Position numbers and translations under genes: made by a program. From sequence record DRR723986_5581: DNA of 51,440 bases, one strand, 5' to 3'. How positions within the stretch are numbered: the stretch's first letter is position 1; each line of letters opens with the position of its first letter. The notes beneath the pieces were generated by a model. The model did not search any database and was not told the DNA's origin. It worked only from the letters and a program-made list of their open reading frames with translations. Below are positions 38,820 through 48,896 of this stretch, piece by piece.

Positions 38820-41209
38820 CAGTGAGCCTCCCCAGTCTGGGCCGGTGTGGGCGGTGCGACCGTCTTCGGTTTCTCGATCGGTTTTTCAGGCTTCGTCCGC
38901 ACCCGGATGAGCGCCAGAACACAAAGCCCGGCCAGAACCACCACGGCGATTTCACCCAGCGTATCAAATCCGCGGAAGTCGACGATGATCACGTTGACGA
39001 TATTCCGGCCATGGGCAATGGAGCGGCTGAACTGGGCGAAGAAGTCAGACAAGCGGCTGTCGAAGGGCTGCTGCGTGATTGCAAGCAGCGTCAGCGTCAG
39101 GCCGAGACCGACACCGATCGCGACGATCCCGGTGACAATCGCGGCAAGACCATGCCGGTGGTCACTGGGCGACAGGTTCAGTCTGGTCATGACCAGAGCA
39201 AGGATGACGACCGACAGCGTCTCCACCATGAACTGGGTGAAGGACAGATCCGGCGCGCCGAACATCATGAAGATCAAGGCAACCGCAAAGCCCTGGATGC
39301 CAAGAGACACGATGGCTGTCAGGCGGGTGTTGGCGACAAGTACGGCGATCAACCCGAAGAAGGCGATCAGCAGGATGCCCCATTCATAGAAGCGATAGTC
39401 GGGCATCTTCGGCATTGCCGGCAGGCTGTCCGTCAGGAAGCCCGGCAACAACACGGCAGCGCCCGTGAAGATGAAGGTCAGCATCATGTAGGTCTGCATC
39501 TTGCCGGACTGCAGCAGGCGCGTGATCCGCCAGGACAATCCGACAATACCGGCCACGAACTGGTCGAACCCCTTGTCCGGTCCCCAACCGATCGTTGTCA
39601 GGACAGAGCCGATCAGCCCGCGCAGGCGGTCGATCTGAGTGAACAGAGCAATCCCGAGACCGATGGTGACCAGCGACAACAGCAGCGGCGCGTTGATCGA
39701 CGTCGGCAACAGATGAAGTTCGATTTGCGTCGTCTTGCCGAGAAGTGAAGACAGGGTCGGCCCGATGAACAGTTCACCGGTGGTATGCGCAATCAGGGCC
39801 AGCCCGAGGCCGGTCACAGACAGGAACACCGGACCGGCGAACAGCAGAACAGGTCCCTCGTGCGCATGTTTCGGCGTTTCCACTTTCGGACCCAGGAAGG
39901 GCTTGATGGCAACCGCGGCGGCAATCACCAGCATCAAGGCATTGCCGATAACAGCAGTGATGGTGATGGGCAGACCGAGTTCCAGCCAGCCCCAGGTGCC
40001 GTAGTAAAGTACTTCCTTGGCAATGAAGCCAATGAAAGGCGGCAGGCCAGCCATGGAAAGTGCCGCAAGACAGGCAGCTGCAAACGTGATCGGCATGGCC
40101 GAACGCAAGCCGCCCAGTTTCGTGATGTCACGCGTACCGGCTTCGTGATCGATCGTGCCGGCGACCATGAAGAGCGCGCCCTTGAACAGGGAGTGCGCGA
40201 GAAGATAGAGGACAGCGCCTTCGAGCGCCTTTTCCTGGCTGGTCCCGGTCAACATGACAAGAAGCCCGAGCGATGCCACGGTCGTGTAGGCAAGCATCAG
40301 CTTCAGGTCGGTCTGGCGCACCGCCAGGATCGTGCCCACCAGCAGTGTTATGCCACCGAACAGCGGCAGGACCGTTGTCCAGAGTTCTGTTCCACCCAGC
40401 AGCGGATGCATGCGCATCAACAGATAGACGCCGGCCTTCACCATGGTTGCCGAATGCAGATAGGCGGAAACAGGTGTCGGTGCTTCCATGGCGTTGGGAA
40501 GCCAGAAATGGAACGGAAACTGCGCCGACTTGGTGAAGGCGCCGCCCAGAACCAGCAGGAAGATCGGCACGTAGAGCGTGGTATCCTTGATGATGTCCGG
40601 CGAGGCCAGCAGCACCGACATCTCGATTTCGCCCGTGGCGGAGATGATCAGGATGAAACCGGCCAGCAGGGCCAGACCGCCGCCGCCCGTGACCACGAGC
40701 GCCTGCAGCGCGGCTCGGCGGGACGCGGCGCGCAGGTGATCGAAGCCGATCAGCAGGAAGGACGTTATCGACGTCAGTTCCCAGAAGATAAACAGGGAAA
40801 TCAGGTTGTTGCCGAGCACGAGACCGAGCATCGACCCCATGAACATCAACAGGAACGAGAAGAACCGGCCCTGCTGCGGGTGGCCTTTGAGATAGCCGCC
40901 GGCATACAGGATGATGAAGGTTCCGATGCCTGAAATCAGCAAGGCGAACAGCGTCGACAATCCATCGACATAGACGGAAAAGTTCACACCATAGCTGGGC
41001 GCCCAGGCCTTTGCCGCAACGAAGCTTTCCCCTTTTGACACGGGTTCGACGAACCCTGTGAAATGCAGGAAGATCAAGGCCGGCACAATAGCAAGCAGCC
41101 AGGCCGCATTGTGCTTGAACCAGCGGGTCAGAAAAGGCGCAACCACAGCCGCAGCAAAGGGCGCGAGGACGGCATAGAGAGTGGTGTCGTCGATCAAGGC
41201 TGGCGTCAT
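38819..41209 (-). CDS. mnhA: Na+/H+ antiporter subunit A
   Basis: FWELTSITSFLLIGF, TKSAQFPFHFWLPNAMEAPTPVSAYLHSATMVKAG, APDL..TQ, NIVNVI.VDFRGFDTLGE. Confidence 0.96.
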   Translation of the reverse strand: MTPALIDDTTLYAVLAPFAAAVVAPFLTRWFKHNAAWLLAIVPALIFLHFTGFVEPVSKGESFVAAKAWAPSYGVNFSVYVDGLSTLFALLISGIGTFIILYAGGYLKGHPQQGRFFSFLLMFMGSMLGLVLGNNLISLFIFWELTSITSFLLIGFDHLRAASRRAALQALVVTGGGGLALLAGFILIISATGEIEMSVLLASPDIIKDTTLYVPIFLLVLGGAFTKSAQFPFHFWLPNAMEAPTPVSAYLHSATMVKAGVYLLMRMHPLLGGTELWTTVLPLFGGITLLVGTILAVRQTDLKLMLAYTTVASLGLLVMLTGTSQEKALEGAVLYLLAHSLFKGALFMVAGTIDHEAGTRDITKLGGLRSAMPITFAAACLAALSMAGLPPFIGFIAKEVLYYGTWGWLELGLPITITAVIGNALMLVIAAAVAIKPFLGPKVETPKHAHEGPVLLFAGPVFLSVTGLGLALIAHTTGELFIGPTLSSLLGKTTQIELHLLPTSINAPLLLSLVTIGLGIALFTQIDRLRGLIGSVLTTIGWGPDKGFDQFVAGIVGLSWRITRLLQSGKMQTYMMLTFIFTGAAVLLPGFLTDSLPAMPKMPDYRFYEWGILLIAFFGLIAVLVANTRLTAIVSLGIQGFAVALIFMMFGAPDLSFTQFMVETLSVVILALVMTRLNLSPSDHRHGLAAIVTGIVAIGVGLGLTLTLLAITQQPFDSRLSDFFAQFSRSIAHGRNIVNVIIVDFRGFDTLGEIAVVVLAGLCVLALIRVRTKPEKPIEKPKTVAPPTPAQTGEAH

Positions 41210-41626
41210 GCTGATCTTTCGTCACGGTTTTTAAAGAAACGACGGATACGGGCCTGCTCGAATCAGCCCCGATCCGCCGGATAATAACGGTCCCGATGGG
41301 TTATGACATGTCTTAGGCAGTTGAATTTACGTGTTCAAGCGTATGTCTGTCGATTTTCGGTAAATTCACCCGCGTCACATGAGCGCTTTTGTCAGGGGCA
41401 GGACTGACAAGTGGGGATCTCACAGATTTATTCTGTGCTGAAAACGTATCACGGCCGAAACTTGAGGTATCCGCGCCCGCAATACACCCGACAACATTCA
41501 CACTCGGGTCAAACCACCTCCGTCTGCATCCAAGAAAGGCAGCTTGCCACTTGATTTCAAAGCGTGAATACCGTTCAGTTTCAATTCGGGAATGCGTTGC
41601 CACGGAATTCGAGCGAGGCACAGAAG

Positions 41627-42604
41627 ATGGTGTTGGGTAGTAATAGGGATACGCCTTCGGGAACGGATCTGCTCCGCCCGTCCAACATCGACTTTGAAAC
41701 GCTCGTCAAACTTGGCAATGAAGCCATTGTTTTGATCGGACTGGACGGCACGCCCGCTTTCATCTCTCCCGCAACCGAGCGCATGTTCGGATGGAGTGCT
41801 GACAAACTGGTCGATCACCTGAGCGACTTGGTCTATCTGGCCAGCCCGAACACCGATGCAGATCTTCTGCACCGGATCCTTTCCGGCAGCGGTGATGCCG
41901 ATGCCCCCCTTCCCCATGCCGATCTTCAGCTCCGTTCCGCCTTCGGCCCGATGGTCTGGGCGGAGGTGACCACACATCTTCTGGAAGATGCCGCCGGCAA
42001 GCCTTACGCATTCGCGGTCTATTTCCGCAGCATTTCCAAACGCAAGGAGCTGGAAAGCCTGCTGGATGCGGCAACCCAGACGGACCCGCTCACCGGACTT
42101 CTCAACCGCCGTGCCTTCGAGGATGGCCTGAAACGGGAATGGGCAATCGCCTTGCGTGAAAAGACCCACACCAGTTTGATCAAGGTGTCTCTCGACCGTT
42201 TCGAAGCTCTGGTGGAGCGGTTCGGACCGAGCGCTGCCGAGGATTGCCTGACCAGGGTAGCCGATACCCTGAAGGAGACCGCGCGGCGTCCGGCAGATAT
42301 CGCCGCACGAACGGCAACGGCGGAATTTTCTCTCCTCCTGCCAAGAACTCACGAAATGGGCGCCGAGACGATCAGCGCGTATCTGCACGTAGCCATTCAG
42401 GACCTTGGCATTCCCAACCCGGAAAATACCGCCGACAATGGCGTCATGACGGCCTCCGTCGGTGCGGCTTGCGCGGTCGTGGAACAGACGGGGGTCTCGG
42501 AAAGCTCGGAATTTCTCCTCGCCGCTGCCGAAAACTGCGTTTTTCAGGCGAGACAGGAAGGCGGTAACCGGGTGAAGACGTCCTTAAGCCACCTGGCTCG
42601 CTAG
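41627..42604 (+). CDS. PAS + degenerate GGDEF-domain protein (probable c-di-GMP receptor, not a cyclase)
   Basis: PAS (FISPA.ERMFGW), TDPLTGLLNRRAF entry motif, RPAD I-site. The A-site reads ATAEF instead of GG(D/E)EF. Alternative start 41564. Confidence 0.85.
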   Translation: MVLGSNRDTPSGTDLLRPSNIDFETLVKLGNEAIVLIGLDGTPAFISPATERMFGWSADKLVDHLSDLVYLASPNTDADLLHRILSGSGDADAPLPHADLQLRSAFGPMVWAEVTTHLLEDAAGKPYAFAVYFRSISKRKELESLLDAATQTDPLTGLLNRRAFEDGLKREWAIALREKTHTSLIKVSLDRFEALVERFGPSAAEDCLTRVADTLKETARRPADIAARTATAEFSLLLPRTHEMGAETISAYLHVAIQDLGIPNPENTADNGVMTASVGAACAVVEQTGVSESSEFLLAAAENCVFQARQEGGNRVKTSLSHLAR

Positions 42605-42711
42605 CCCCGGACCTTTCACGGCGACAATCAAGAGCACCTTCCAATCCATGAACGGATGAAACCCGGCCTGGCTCCGCAGGTGACGATTGACGAAACCGTT
42701 ATCTGCTCCGG

Positions 42712-42740
42712 CTTGCAGCAACCTGTGCACGCCCCTATTT
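42712..42740 (+). promoter_or_regulatory. Candidate RpoH (sigma32)-type promoter of msrB
   Basis: CTTG-N18-CCTATTT, 30 nt upstream of the msrB ATG; matches the alphaproteobacterial RpoH pattern CTTG-N17/18-CCTAT. Confidence 0.45.
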
Positions 42741-42770
42741 CTGGGAAAAACATCAAATAAGGAATGCCGA

Positions 42771-43220
42771 ATGAGCGACGAAACCACCCGCCACGAAAAA
42801 GCATCTCCCCCCATCAGGAAGACCACCGCCGAATGGATGGAGCAGCTTACACCCGAGCAGTTCTATGTGACCCGCCAATCCGGCACCGAGCGCCCTTTCA
42901 CCGGTCCCTACTGGGACAACAAGCTCATCGGCCGTTACGATTGCGTGTGCTGTGAAACGCCGCTGTTCATGTCGGATACAAAATTCGATTCCGGCTGCGG
43001 CTGGCCCAGCTTTTTCGAGGCAGTCGACCCGAATGCAATCCGGGAACTTGAAGACCAGTCCCATGGCATGATCCGAACCGAAATCCGTTGCAGCAGTTGC
43101 GACGCGCATTTGGGTCACGTCTTCCCGGACGGGCCACCGCCGACAGGCTTGCGCTATTGCCTCAATGGCCATGCAATGAATTTCGTTCACGGCGGCCGGC
43201 CACCCGCCAAGTCAGAATAG
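42771..43220 (+). CDS. msrB: Peptide-methionine (R)-S-oxide reductase
   Basis: [48 protein letters not shown]. Confidence 0.97.
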   Translation: MSDETTRHEKASPPIRKTTAEWMEQLTPEQFYVTRQSGTERPFTGPYWDNKLIGRYDCVCCETPLFMSDTKFDSGCGWPSFFEAVDPNAIRELEDQSHGMIRTEIRCSSCDAHLGHVFPDGPPPTGLRYCLNGHAMNFVHGGRPPAKSE

Positions 43221-43376
43221 ACCGTTCATCTGCCCGCCTCGGCTACAGCTTCGGGGCGGGCAGATCTAATGCATGCATTAAAAAGCCCGTTTCAAGAACA
43301 GTTTCCAGTTTTAGATTTCAGTTACACACCCCTGATAATAATAGCATCACAAACTTCAAGAACATCGGGGTGGGAC

Positions 43377-44135
43377 TTGTCTGTACTACGGAGTTTTGCT
43401 TGCACCTGCGTGCGCGCACTGGTTTTCGGCCTCAGTTTGGGACTTGCCGGCCAACCGGTCCTGTCTTCACCAGCCGCCGCAGAAGAGCTGGTCGCATTCA
43501 CCGGATATCTGCCCCCTCTCTCCATCAATGAGCAGGAGAAGGGCATTGCAGTCGAGCTCATGGAGCTCGTTGCAGAAGAGGCCGGCCTGGATATCAAGAT
43601 CCGCTTCGCCCCCTGGAGGCGCGCGCAGCTGCTGGCTGAAAACACGCCCGGTTCACTTCTCTTCACTGCTGCCTATTCCAGGAACCGCAGTGAGAAATTC
43701 CAGTACATCGCACCCCTGCTTTATACGGAAAGCGCATTCGTAACGCTCGACCAGCCGTTGGATACCTTTGAAAAGGCTATTGAGAGCGGCAAGGTCATCG
43801 GGGTGCATCTCGGCAGCCAGCGCAGCCAGATCCTCCAGCGGTTCGGTGTTCGCAATGTTGAGGAAATACCATCAGCCGAACAAATGAGCGTCATGCTCAA
43901 GACCGGCAGAATCGATGCCTGGTACACCATGTCTGTTCGGGCGAGCTACATGTTCCGCCAGCAGGGATACGACCCGGGAAGTCTCGTCATCGGTGCTCCG
44001 GTCACCCACGGCATCCAGTGGCTGGCGGCCAACAAGGATCTCGATCCGCAGATCAGAGGCCGGCTGTCAGCTGCCGTCTCCAGGGTGTGGCGCGATCCGA
44101 GATACTGGCAGATCGTCGACCGCTATACCCACTGA
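43377..44135 (+). CDS. Orphan family-3 periplasmic solute-binding protein
   Basis: Signal-like N-terminus; PP.S...GIAVE, PW.RA, R...R.EKF, ML..GRIDA. Start uncertain (43269, 43377 or 43410). Confidence 0.8.
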   Translation: MSVLRSFACTCVRALVFGLSLGLAGQPVLSSPAAAEELVAFTGYLPPLSINEQEKGIAVELMELVAEEAGLDIKIRFAPWRRAQLLAENTPGSLLFTAAYSRNRSEKFQYIAPLLYTESAFVTLDQPLDTFEKAIESGKVIGVHLGSQRSQILQRFGVRNVEEIPSAEQMSVMLKTGRIDAWYTMSVRASYMFRQQGYDPGSLVIGAPVTHGIQWLAANKDLDPQIRGRLSAAVSRVWRDPRYWQIVDRYTH

Positions 44136-44178
44136 CGGTTCATCTCCCGATCAAGGGCCGGAAAAACGCCTCAAATCC

Positions 44179-44613
44179 TTATTCCGCTGCCACGGCCTCC
44201 CCATGGCCGGATTTGGCGGACAGGATCCTGGCGATATTGACCTCGATCCAGTCAGCGAATTCTCGCACTCTCTCTGCAGCTTCCCGGCCGATCGGGGACA
44301 GGCTGTAATCGACATGCGGTGGCACGACCGGGTGGGAATACCGGTTGACGAACCCGTCGGCCTCCAATGTCTGCAGCGTTTGCGCCAGCATCTTTTCACT
44401 GACGCCGCCAACGGTGCGGCGAAGTTCTGAAAACCGCTGATCTTTTTCCAGAAGCGCAATCAGCACCAACACGCCCCAACGGCTCGTCAGATGCCGCAGG
44501 ATTTCGCGTGATGGACAGTTCTGGTTGAGCAGTTCCCCCTGCTGCATCAATTCGGACAAGGGCGCGCCGCTGTTCAGCACGCACTTGGGGGTTATTTCTG
44601 CCGTATCGCTCAT
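44179..44613 (-). CDS. HxlR/DUF24 (YtfH/QorR-like) winged-helix regulator
   Basis: CPSREIL.HLTSRWGVLVL, RFSELRR.VGGVSEKMLAQTL..LE.DG, PPHVDYSL. Confidence 0.93.
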   Translation of the reverse strand: MSDTAEITPKCVLNSGAPLSELMQQGELLNQNCPSREILRHLTSRWGVLVLIALLEKDQRFSELRRTVGGVSEKMLAQTLQTLEADGFVNRYSHPVVPPHVDYSLSPIGREAAERVREFADWIEVNIARILSAKSGHGEAVAAE

Positions 44614-44655
44614 CCTGTTTTCCAGTTTTTTGTCCGAGATCCGATAAATCTCAAA

Positions 44656-44690
44656 ACTAACCTTTTTGTACGTACTAACAAAAAGTAAGT
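44656..44690. promoter_or_regulatory. Candidate HxlR-family operator
   Basis: Imperfect palindrome ACTAAC-AAAAA-GTAAGT (44674-44690), a second ACTAAC at 44656, and the inverted pair CTTTTTGT/ACAAAAAG, all between divergent hxlR and oxidoreductase genes. Confidence 0.55.
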
Positions 44691-44753
44691 GATCCGTCTA
44701 CATGGGCAGCATCCGATGCATTTTCGAACGATCAACCTTCAAGGAGAAACACA

Positions 44754-45611
44754 ATGATCGCAGTCACGGGTGCCAATGGTCAGCTGGGCCGTCTTGTCCT
44801 CAAACATCTTGCCGGCCTCACAGCCGAGCCAGTTCGCGCGCTTGTCCGCTCACCGGAAAAAGCGGGCGATCTTGCCACGGACCAGGTTTCGGTGGTGAAG
44901 GCTGATTACGATGATAGCGCCACCCTGCCGGCTGCGTTGGAAGGTGTTGAGCGTCTTCTGCTGATCTCCGGATCGGAGGTCGGCAAGCGGGCGCCGCAGC
45001 ACAAGGCCGTCATCGATGCAGCCAAGGCAGCCGGCGTCCGTTTCATCGTCTACACCAGCCTTCTCAACGTTCCGCAGTCCAGCCTCCAGCTGGGTGTGGA
45101 ACATGCCGAAACGGAACGGATGCTGCGAGAAAGCGGCATTGCCCATGCCGTGCTGCGCAACGGCTGGTACATTGAGAATTTCGGCGGCACTGTAGCGGCT
45201 TCCCTTGCCCATGGGGCCGTTGCGGGCGCAAGCGGTGACGGCAAGTTTTCCGCCGCTGGACGCAAAGATTACGCGGAAGCCGCAGCCCGCACCGTTGCCG
45301 GCAGCGACCTGAGCACGCGAGCACTGGAACTTGGCGGATCACCTGCGTTCAGTCTTGCCGACCTGGCAGCAGAGCTCTCCAGCCAGTCTGGCCGTGAGAT
45401 ACCGTTCAACAACCTGCCAGAAGCAACCTATGCCGGCATCCTGGTCCAGGCAGGTCTGCCGGAAGGCTTTGCAAATGTCCTCGCTGATTCCGACAGAGGC
45501 GCGTCTCAAGGCGAGCTCTTCACGACTTCCACGGCCCTTGAAGACCTGATCGGTCATCCGACCCGCTCGTTGAGTGATTTCATCTCCGAAAGCCTGAAAG
45601 CGAACGCCTGA
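44754..45611 (+). CDS. NmrA-like/atypical SDR quinone oxidoreductase (YtfG/QorB-like)
   Basis: IAVTGANGQLG, LLLISGSEVG.R..QH..VIDAAK.AGV, LRNGWY.EN, DYAEAAA. Confidence 0.92.
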   Translation: MIAVTGANGQLGRLVLKHLAGLTAEPVRALVRSPEKAGDLATDQVSVVKADYDDSATLPAALEGVERLLLISGSEVGKRAPQHKAVIDAAKAAGVRFIVYTSLLNVPQSSLQLGVEHAETERMLRESGIAHAVLRNGWYIENFGGTVAASLAHGAVAGASGDGKFSAAGRKDYAEAAARTVAGSDLSTRALELGGSPAFSLADLAAELSSQSGREIPFNNLPEATYAGILVQAGLPEGFANVLADSDRGASQGELFTTSTALEDLIGHPTRSLSDFISESLKANA

Positions 45612-45633
45612 CGTCCGCTAAACGTCTGCTCCG

Positions 45634-45662
45634 GCACGAAGGCGGCCTCTCTGCCTTCGTGC
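45634..45662 (+). terminator. GC-rich hairpin after the oxidoreductase (possible terminator)
   Basis: Stem GCACGAAGGCGG/CTGCCTTCGTGC; U-tail is weak. Confidence 0.4.
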
Positions 45663-45762
45663 AATCATTTGAATTTGTGGTCGGTTGGTTCAAGGATATT
45701 TGTTGGTTCCCCATCGGCGAACCTGTTAGGCAGATGGTTCTGCACTTTCCCGGTACCCGATC

Positions 45763-46998
45763 ATGTCCCTTGCCAACGCATCCGATCCATACGTCCAGGA
45801 CGGGCCTTACGCCTGGTTCCGGTTGGCGATTTCGATTTTGCTGAGCACCCTTGGTGGTGCCGGCATGTGGGCGGTTGTCATCGTACTGCCCGCCGTCCAG
45901 ACGGATTTCGGGATCGATCGTGCCGGAGCGTCCCTGCCCTACACCGCGACGATGTTCGGGTTTGCCGCGGGCAACTACCTGCTTGGCCGCGTCGTCGACC
46001 GCTACGGCATTGTCATACCCGTCATAGGCTCTGCTCTATCACTCGGTGCCGGCTTCGTTCTGGCCGCCTTTGCGCCGGATGTCTGGAGCTTCTCTCTGGC
46101 GCAGGGTCTGCTGATCGGTCTGGGCACCGCGGCCACATTCGGCCCGCTGATCGCCGACATCTCACACTGGTTCCTGAAACGGCGCGGTTTTGCGGTCGCC
46201 TGCGCCGCCTGCGGAAACTATCTTGCCGGTGTGCTCTGGCCATCGCTGATCCAGTGGAGCCTTGCGACGTCCGACTGGCGCCAGACCTATATCCTCATCG
46301 GCGTCATCTGCCTTGTCGCCATGGTGCCGCTGGCCCTTTTGCTGCGCCGGCCTCCACCGGACACGTCCTTGAGCATCAGTGCGGCCACGGCCCGTTTCGG
46401 TCGCCAGGACACCGGCCTGCCACCTGCCGTCCTGCAGGCTCTTCTCGTGGTCGCTGGTCTTGCATGCTGCGTCGCCATGTCGATGCCACAGGTTCACATC
46501 GTCGCCTATTGCGTCGATCTGGGTTATGGCGTTGCCCCCGGAGCGGACATGATCGCACTGATGACCGGTGCCGGTGTCATCAGTCGGCTGGCATCCGGAT
46601 ATATTGCCGACAAGATCGGCGGTGTCATGACCCTGCTGATCGGTTCCGTGCTGCAATGCGCGGCGCTGTTCCTGTTCATTCCCTTCAACGGCCTGGCTTC
46701 GCTCTACCTCGTGTCCCTCATCTTCGGTCTGTCGCAGGGCGGCATCGTGCCGAGCTATGCCGTGATCGTGCGCGAATACCTGCCGGCCCGCGAAGCTGGA
46801 CAGCGTGTCGGACTGGTGATTATGGCGACAATTCTCGGCATGGCCCTCGGGGGCTGGCTGTCCGGCTGGATCTACGACCTCACAGGCTCCTACCAGGCCG
46901 CGTTCCTGAACGGAATCGCCTGGAACTTCCTCAACATGGCAGTGATGATCTTCATCTTCATGCGCGGCAAGATGAGGCCGACGGGCGCAGCCGCTTGA
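45763..46998 (+). CDS. Major facilitator superfamily transporter
   Basis: About 12 TM segments; MFS motif A GRVVDRYG and its repeat GYIADKIG; WF.KRRG.A. Confidence 0.93.
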   Translation: MSLANASDPYVQDGPYAWFRLAISILLSTLGGAGMWAVVIVLPAVQTDFGIDRAGASLPYTATMFGFAAGNYLLGRVVDRYGIVIPVIGSALSLGAGFVLAAFAPDVWSFSLAQGLLIGLGTAATFGPLIADISHWFLKRRGFAVACAACGNYLAGVLWPSLIQWSLATSDWRQTYILIGVICLVAMVPLALLLRRPPPDTSLSISAATARFGRQDTGLPPAVLQALLVVAGLACCVAMSMPQVHIVAYCVDLGYGVAPGADMIALMTGAGVISRLASGYIADKIGGVMTLLIGSVLQCAALFLFIPFNGLASLYLVSLIFGLSQGGIVPSYAVIVREYLPAREAGQRVGLVIMATILGMALGGWLSGWIYDLTGSYQAAFLNGIAWNFLNMAVMIFIFMRGKMRPTGAAA

Positions 46999-47033
46999 GG
47001 CCGAGGTTCCGATGAACGGCCAGCGGACGCCAG

Positions 47034-47624
47034 TTACTTCAGGACGCTGAAGTTGCTGGTGATCAACCAGATCTGCGACAGCAGGACAACGCTGACGAGA
47101 CCGATGTGATAAGCGGACTTGCGGATCCTCGTCGCGGCCAGCACCAGCACGATCATCACGATCTGCCGCACCAGATACGCGGTTCCAAGATCGTTGAAAT
47201 AATCGATCCCCTTCAGCCGCGAATCCACGATGTCGAGCACGAACATCAGGGCAAGCAAGCCGTAGATCCAGGTCTGCCTGGCGTGAAAATAATCCTTGTA
47301 GCTGGCGTATTCGCCCATCTTGTCCGGGTACAGCACGGCGGTAATAAAAAAGTAGAGTGCGGCAAAGGCGATGACGAACAGATAGCTTTCGAACGTCCAG
47401 ACCTGAATGCGGCCAAGTGCGAATTCGAACCACCAGAAGTGAACGACGGACAAAAGCATGAACAACGACCACCCAAGGTGCACGCTGTAGATCTCTTCGC
47501 GTTGGGGATGCTGAACATACCGCGCGAGGCCATTGAGCAGCCGCGCAACACCCAGCCCGATCACCATGCCGATGATGATCCGGATGTGTGTGAATTCCGC
47601 AAGATTGGTGGGAAGTTTGTCCAT
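47034..47624 (-). CDS. Hypothetical integral membrane protein
   Basis: About 6 TM segments; F.H.RI..G.V.GL...RLL.G, Y.VHL.W, HFWWFE, LYPD...Y..Y..YF. Confidence 0.8.
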   Translation of the reverse strand: MDKLPTNLAEFTHIRIIIGMVIGLGVARLLNGLARYVQHPQREEIYSVHLGWSLFMLLSVVHFWWFEFALGRIQVWTFESYLFVIAFAALYFFITAVLYPDKMGEYASYKDYFHARQTWIYGLLALMFVLDIVDSRLKGIDYFNDLGTAYLVRQIVMIVLVLAATRIRKSAYHIGLVSVVLLSQIWLITSNFSVLK

Positions 47625-47777
47625 GTGGGTCCGTTTTGGTCTCGATAGGGCAACACTATACGAATGCTGCCTGATGGAAACCGTAGAGATCTGCCACAAC
47701 GCCCCTTGAGCCTCGCTTTGACCAGCGACCGTTCAACCAGGCCCGGCTGAACGGCCGAAAGCGGTCCATGCGAGGTT

Positions 47778-48896
47778 CTAATGTGCCTGACCCGTGCGGG
47801 AGCGCAGGAGGAGCACGAAGAAAATGCCGCCAATCAGCCCGGTGACAATGCCGATTGGCATATCCTCGGGGGACAGGAGCGTTCGTGCGATGATGTCCGC
47901 CCAGATCAGAAAGATTGCGCCAAGCATCATCGATGCCGGCAGAACCCGGCTATAATTGCCCCCTACCAGAAAGCGGGCACTATGCGGCACCATCAGCCCG
48001 ACAAAGCCGATGATGCCTGAAAAGGCGACCATCACACCGGTGATCAGAGCTCCCAGCACAAATACCGTGAGACGGAACCGGGCAACCGGAATGCCCAGCG
48101 TCGACGCTGTTTCATCGCCGATGGTCATCGCATTGAGATCGGCAGACCGCAGCAGAAAATACGGCGCCACCAGCAGCAGAATGCCAAGCGGAAATGGCAG
48201 TTGAGCCCACTGGGCAAGACCGAGACCGCCCAGCATCCAGAAGACAACCGTATGCGTTGCCCTCGGATCGCCCAGGAAAATCAGGATATTGGCGATCGCC
48301 ATGATGATGAAGGACACGGCCACACCGGCCAGCACCAGCCGGTCGGCACTGGTTGCAGATGCAAACCGCGTCACCCCGAGCACCAGAAAAGTTGCCGCCA
48401 ACGCACCGGCGAATGCCATCAGCGGAACGGTCATCAGTCCCAGGAATAGACCAGTATGCAACAGCGCAAGAATGGCGCCAGCCGCTGCACCGGACGAAAT
48501 GCCGAGCAGATGCGGATCGGCTAGGGGATTGCGCGTGACGGATTGCAGGGCGGCGCCGACAACGGCCAGACCTGCGCCGACAAACCCGGCCAGCAGCGCC
48601 CGCGGAAACCGGATCTCCCAGACGATAGCCTCCCGGCCCTTGGACCAGTCCACGTCGAAATAGCCGGGCACCACGCCGTTGACGAGGACCTTGAAGACAG
48701 TGCTGCCCGGGATCGGCACCGCACCTGCACCGATGGCGGCTACAATGGAAATAGCCAGCACCAGCACGCCGGCCAGAAGCAATACCCCATTCCCCCGCAA
48801 CCGGCGCAGGCCAGCGCTTTTTGCCGTGAGCAGGCTCATGCCGGTCCATCGTTTCTGCCTGCAACGGCAGTTCGAAGCATCTTCTGCAAGGCTCAC
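47778..48896 (-). CDS. FecCD/BtuC-family ABC permease (CbtK-like)
   Basis: IVW.IR.PRA, QSVTRNPLADP.LLGISSGA, GIIGFVGL.VPH, PIGIVT. Start 48896 (GTGA overlap) or 48839. Confidence 0.93.
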   Translation of the reverse strand: MSLAEDASNCRCRQKRWTGMSLLTAKSAGLRRLRGNGVLLLAGVLVLAISIVAAIGAGAVPIPGSTVFKVLVNGVVPGYFDVDWSKGREAIVWEIRFPRALLAGFVGAGLAVVGAALQSVTRNPLADPHLLGISSGAAAGAILALLHTGLFLGLMTVPLMAFAGALAATFLVLGVTRFASATSADRLVLAGVAVSFIIMAIANILIFLGDPRATHTVVFWMLGGLGLAQWAQLPFPLGILLLVAPYFLLRSADLNAMTIGDETASTLGIPVARFRLTVFVLGALITGVMVAFSGIIGFVGLMVPHSARFLVGGNYSRVLPASMMLGAIFLIWADIIARTLLSPEDMPIGIVTGLIGGIFFVLLLRSRTGQAH

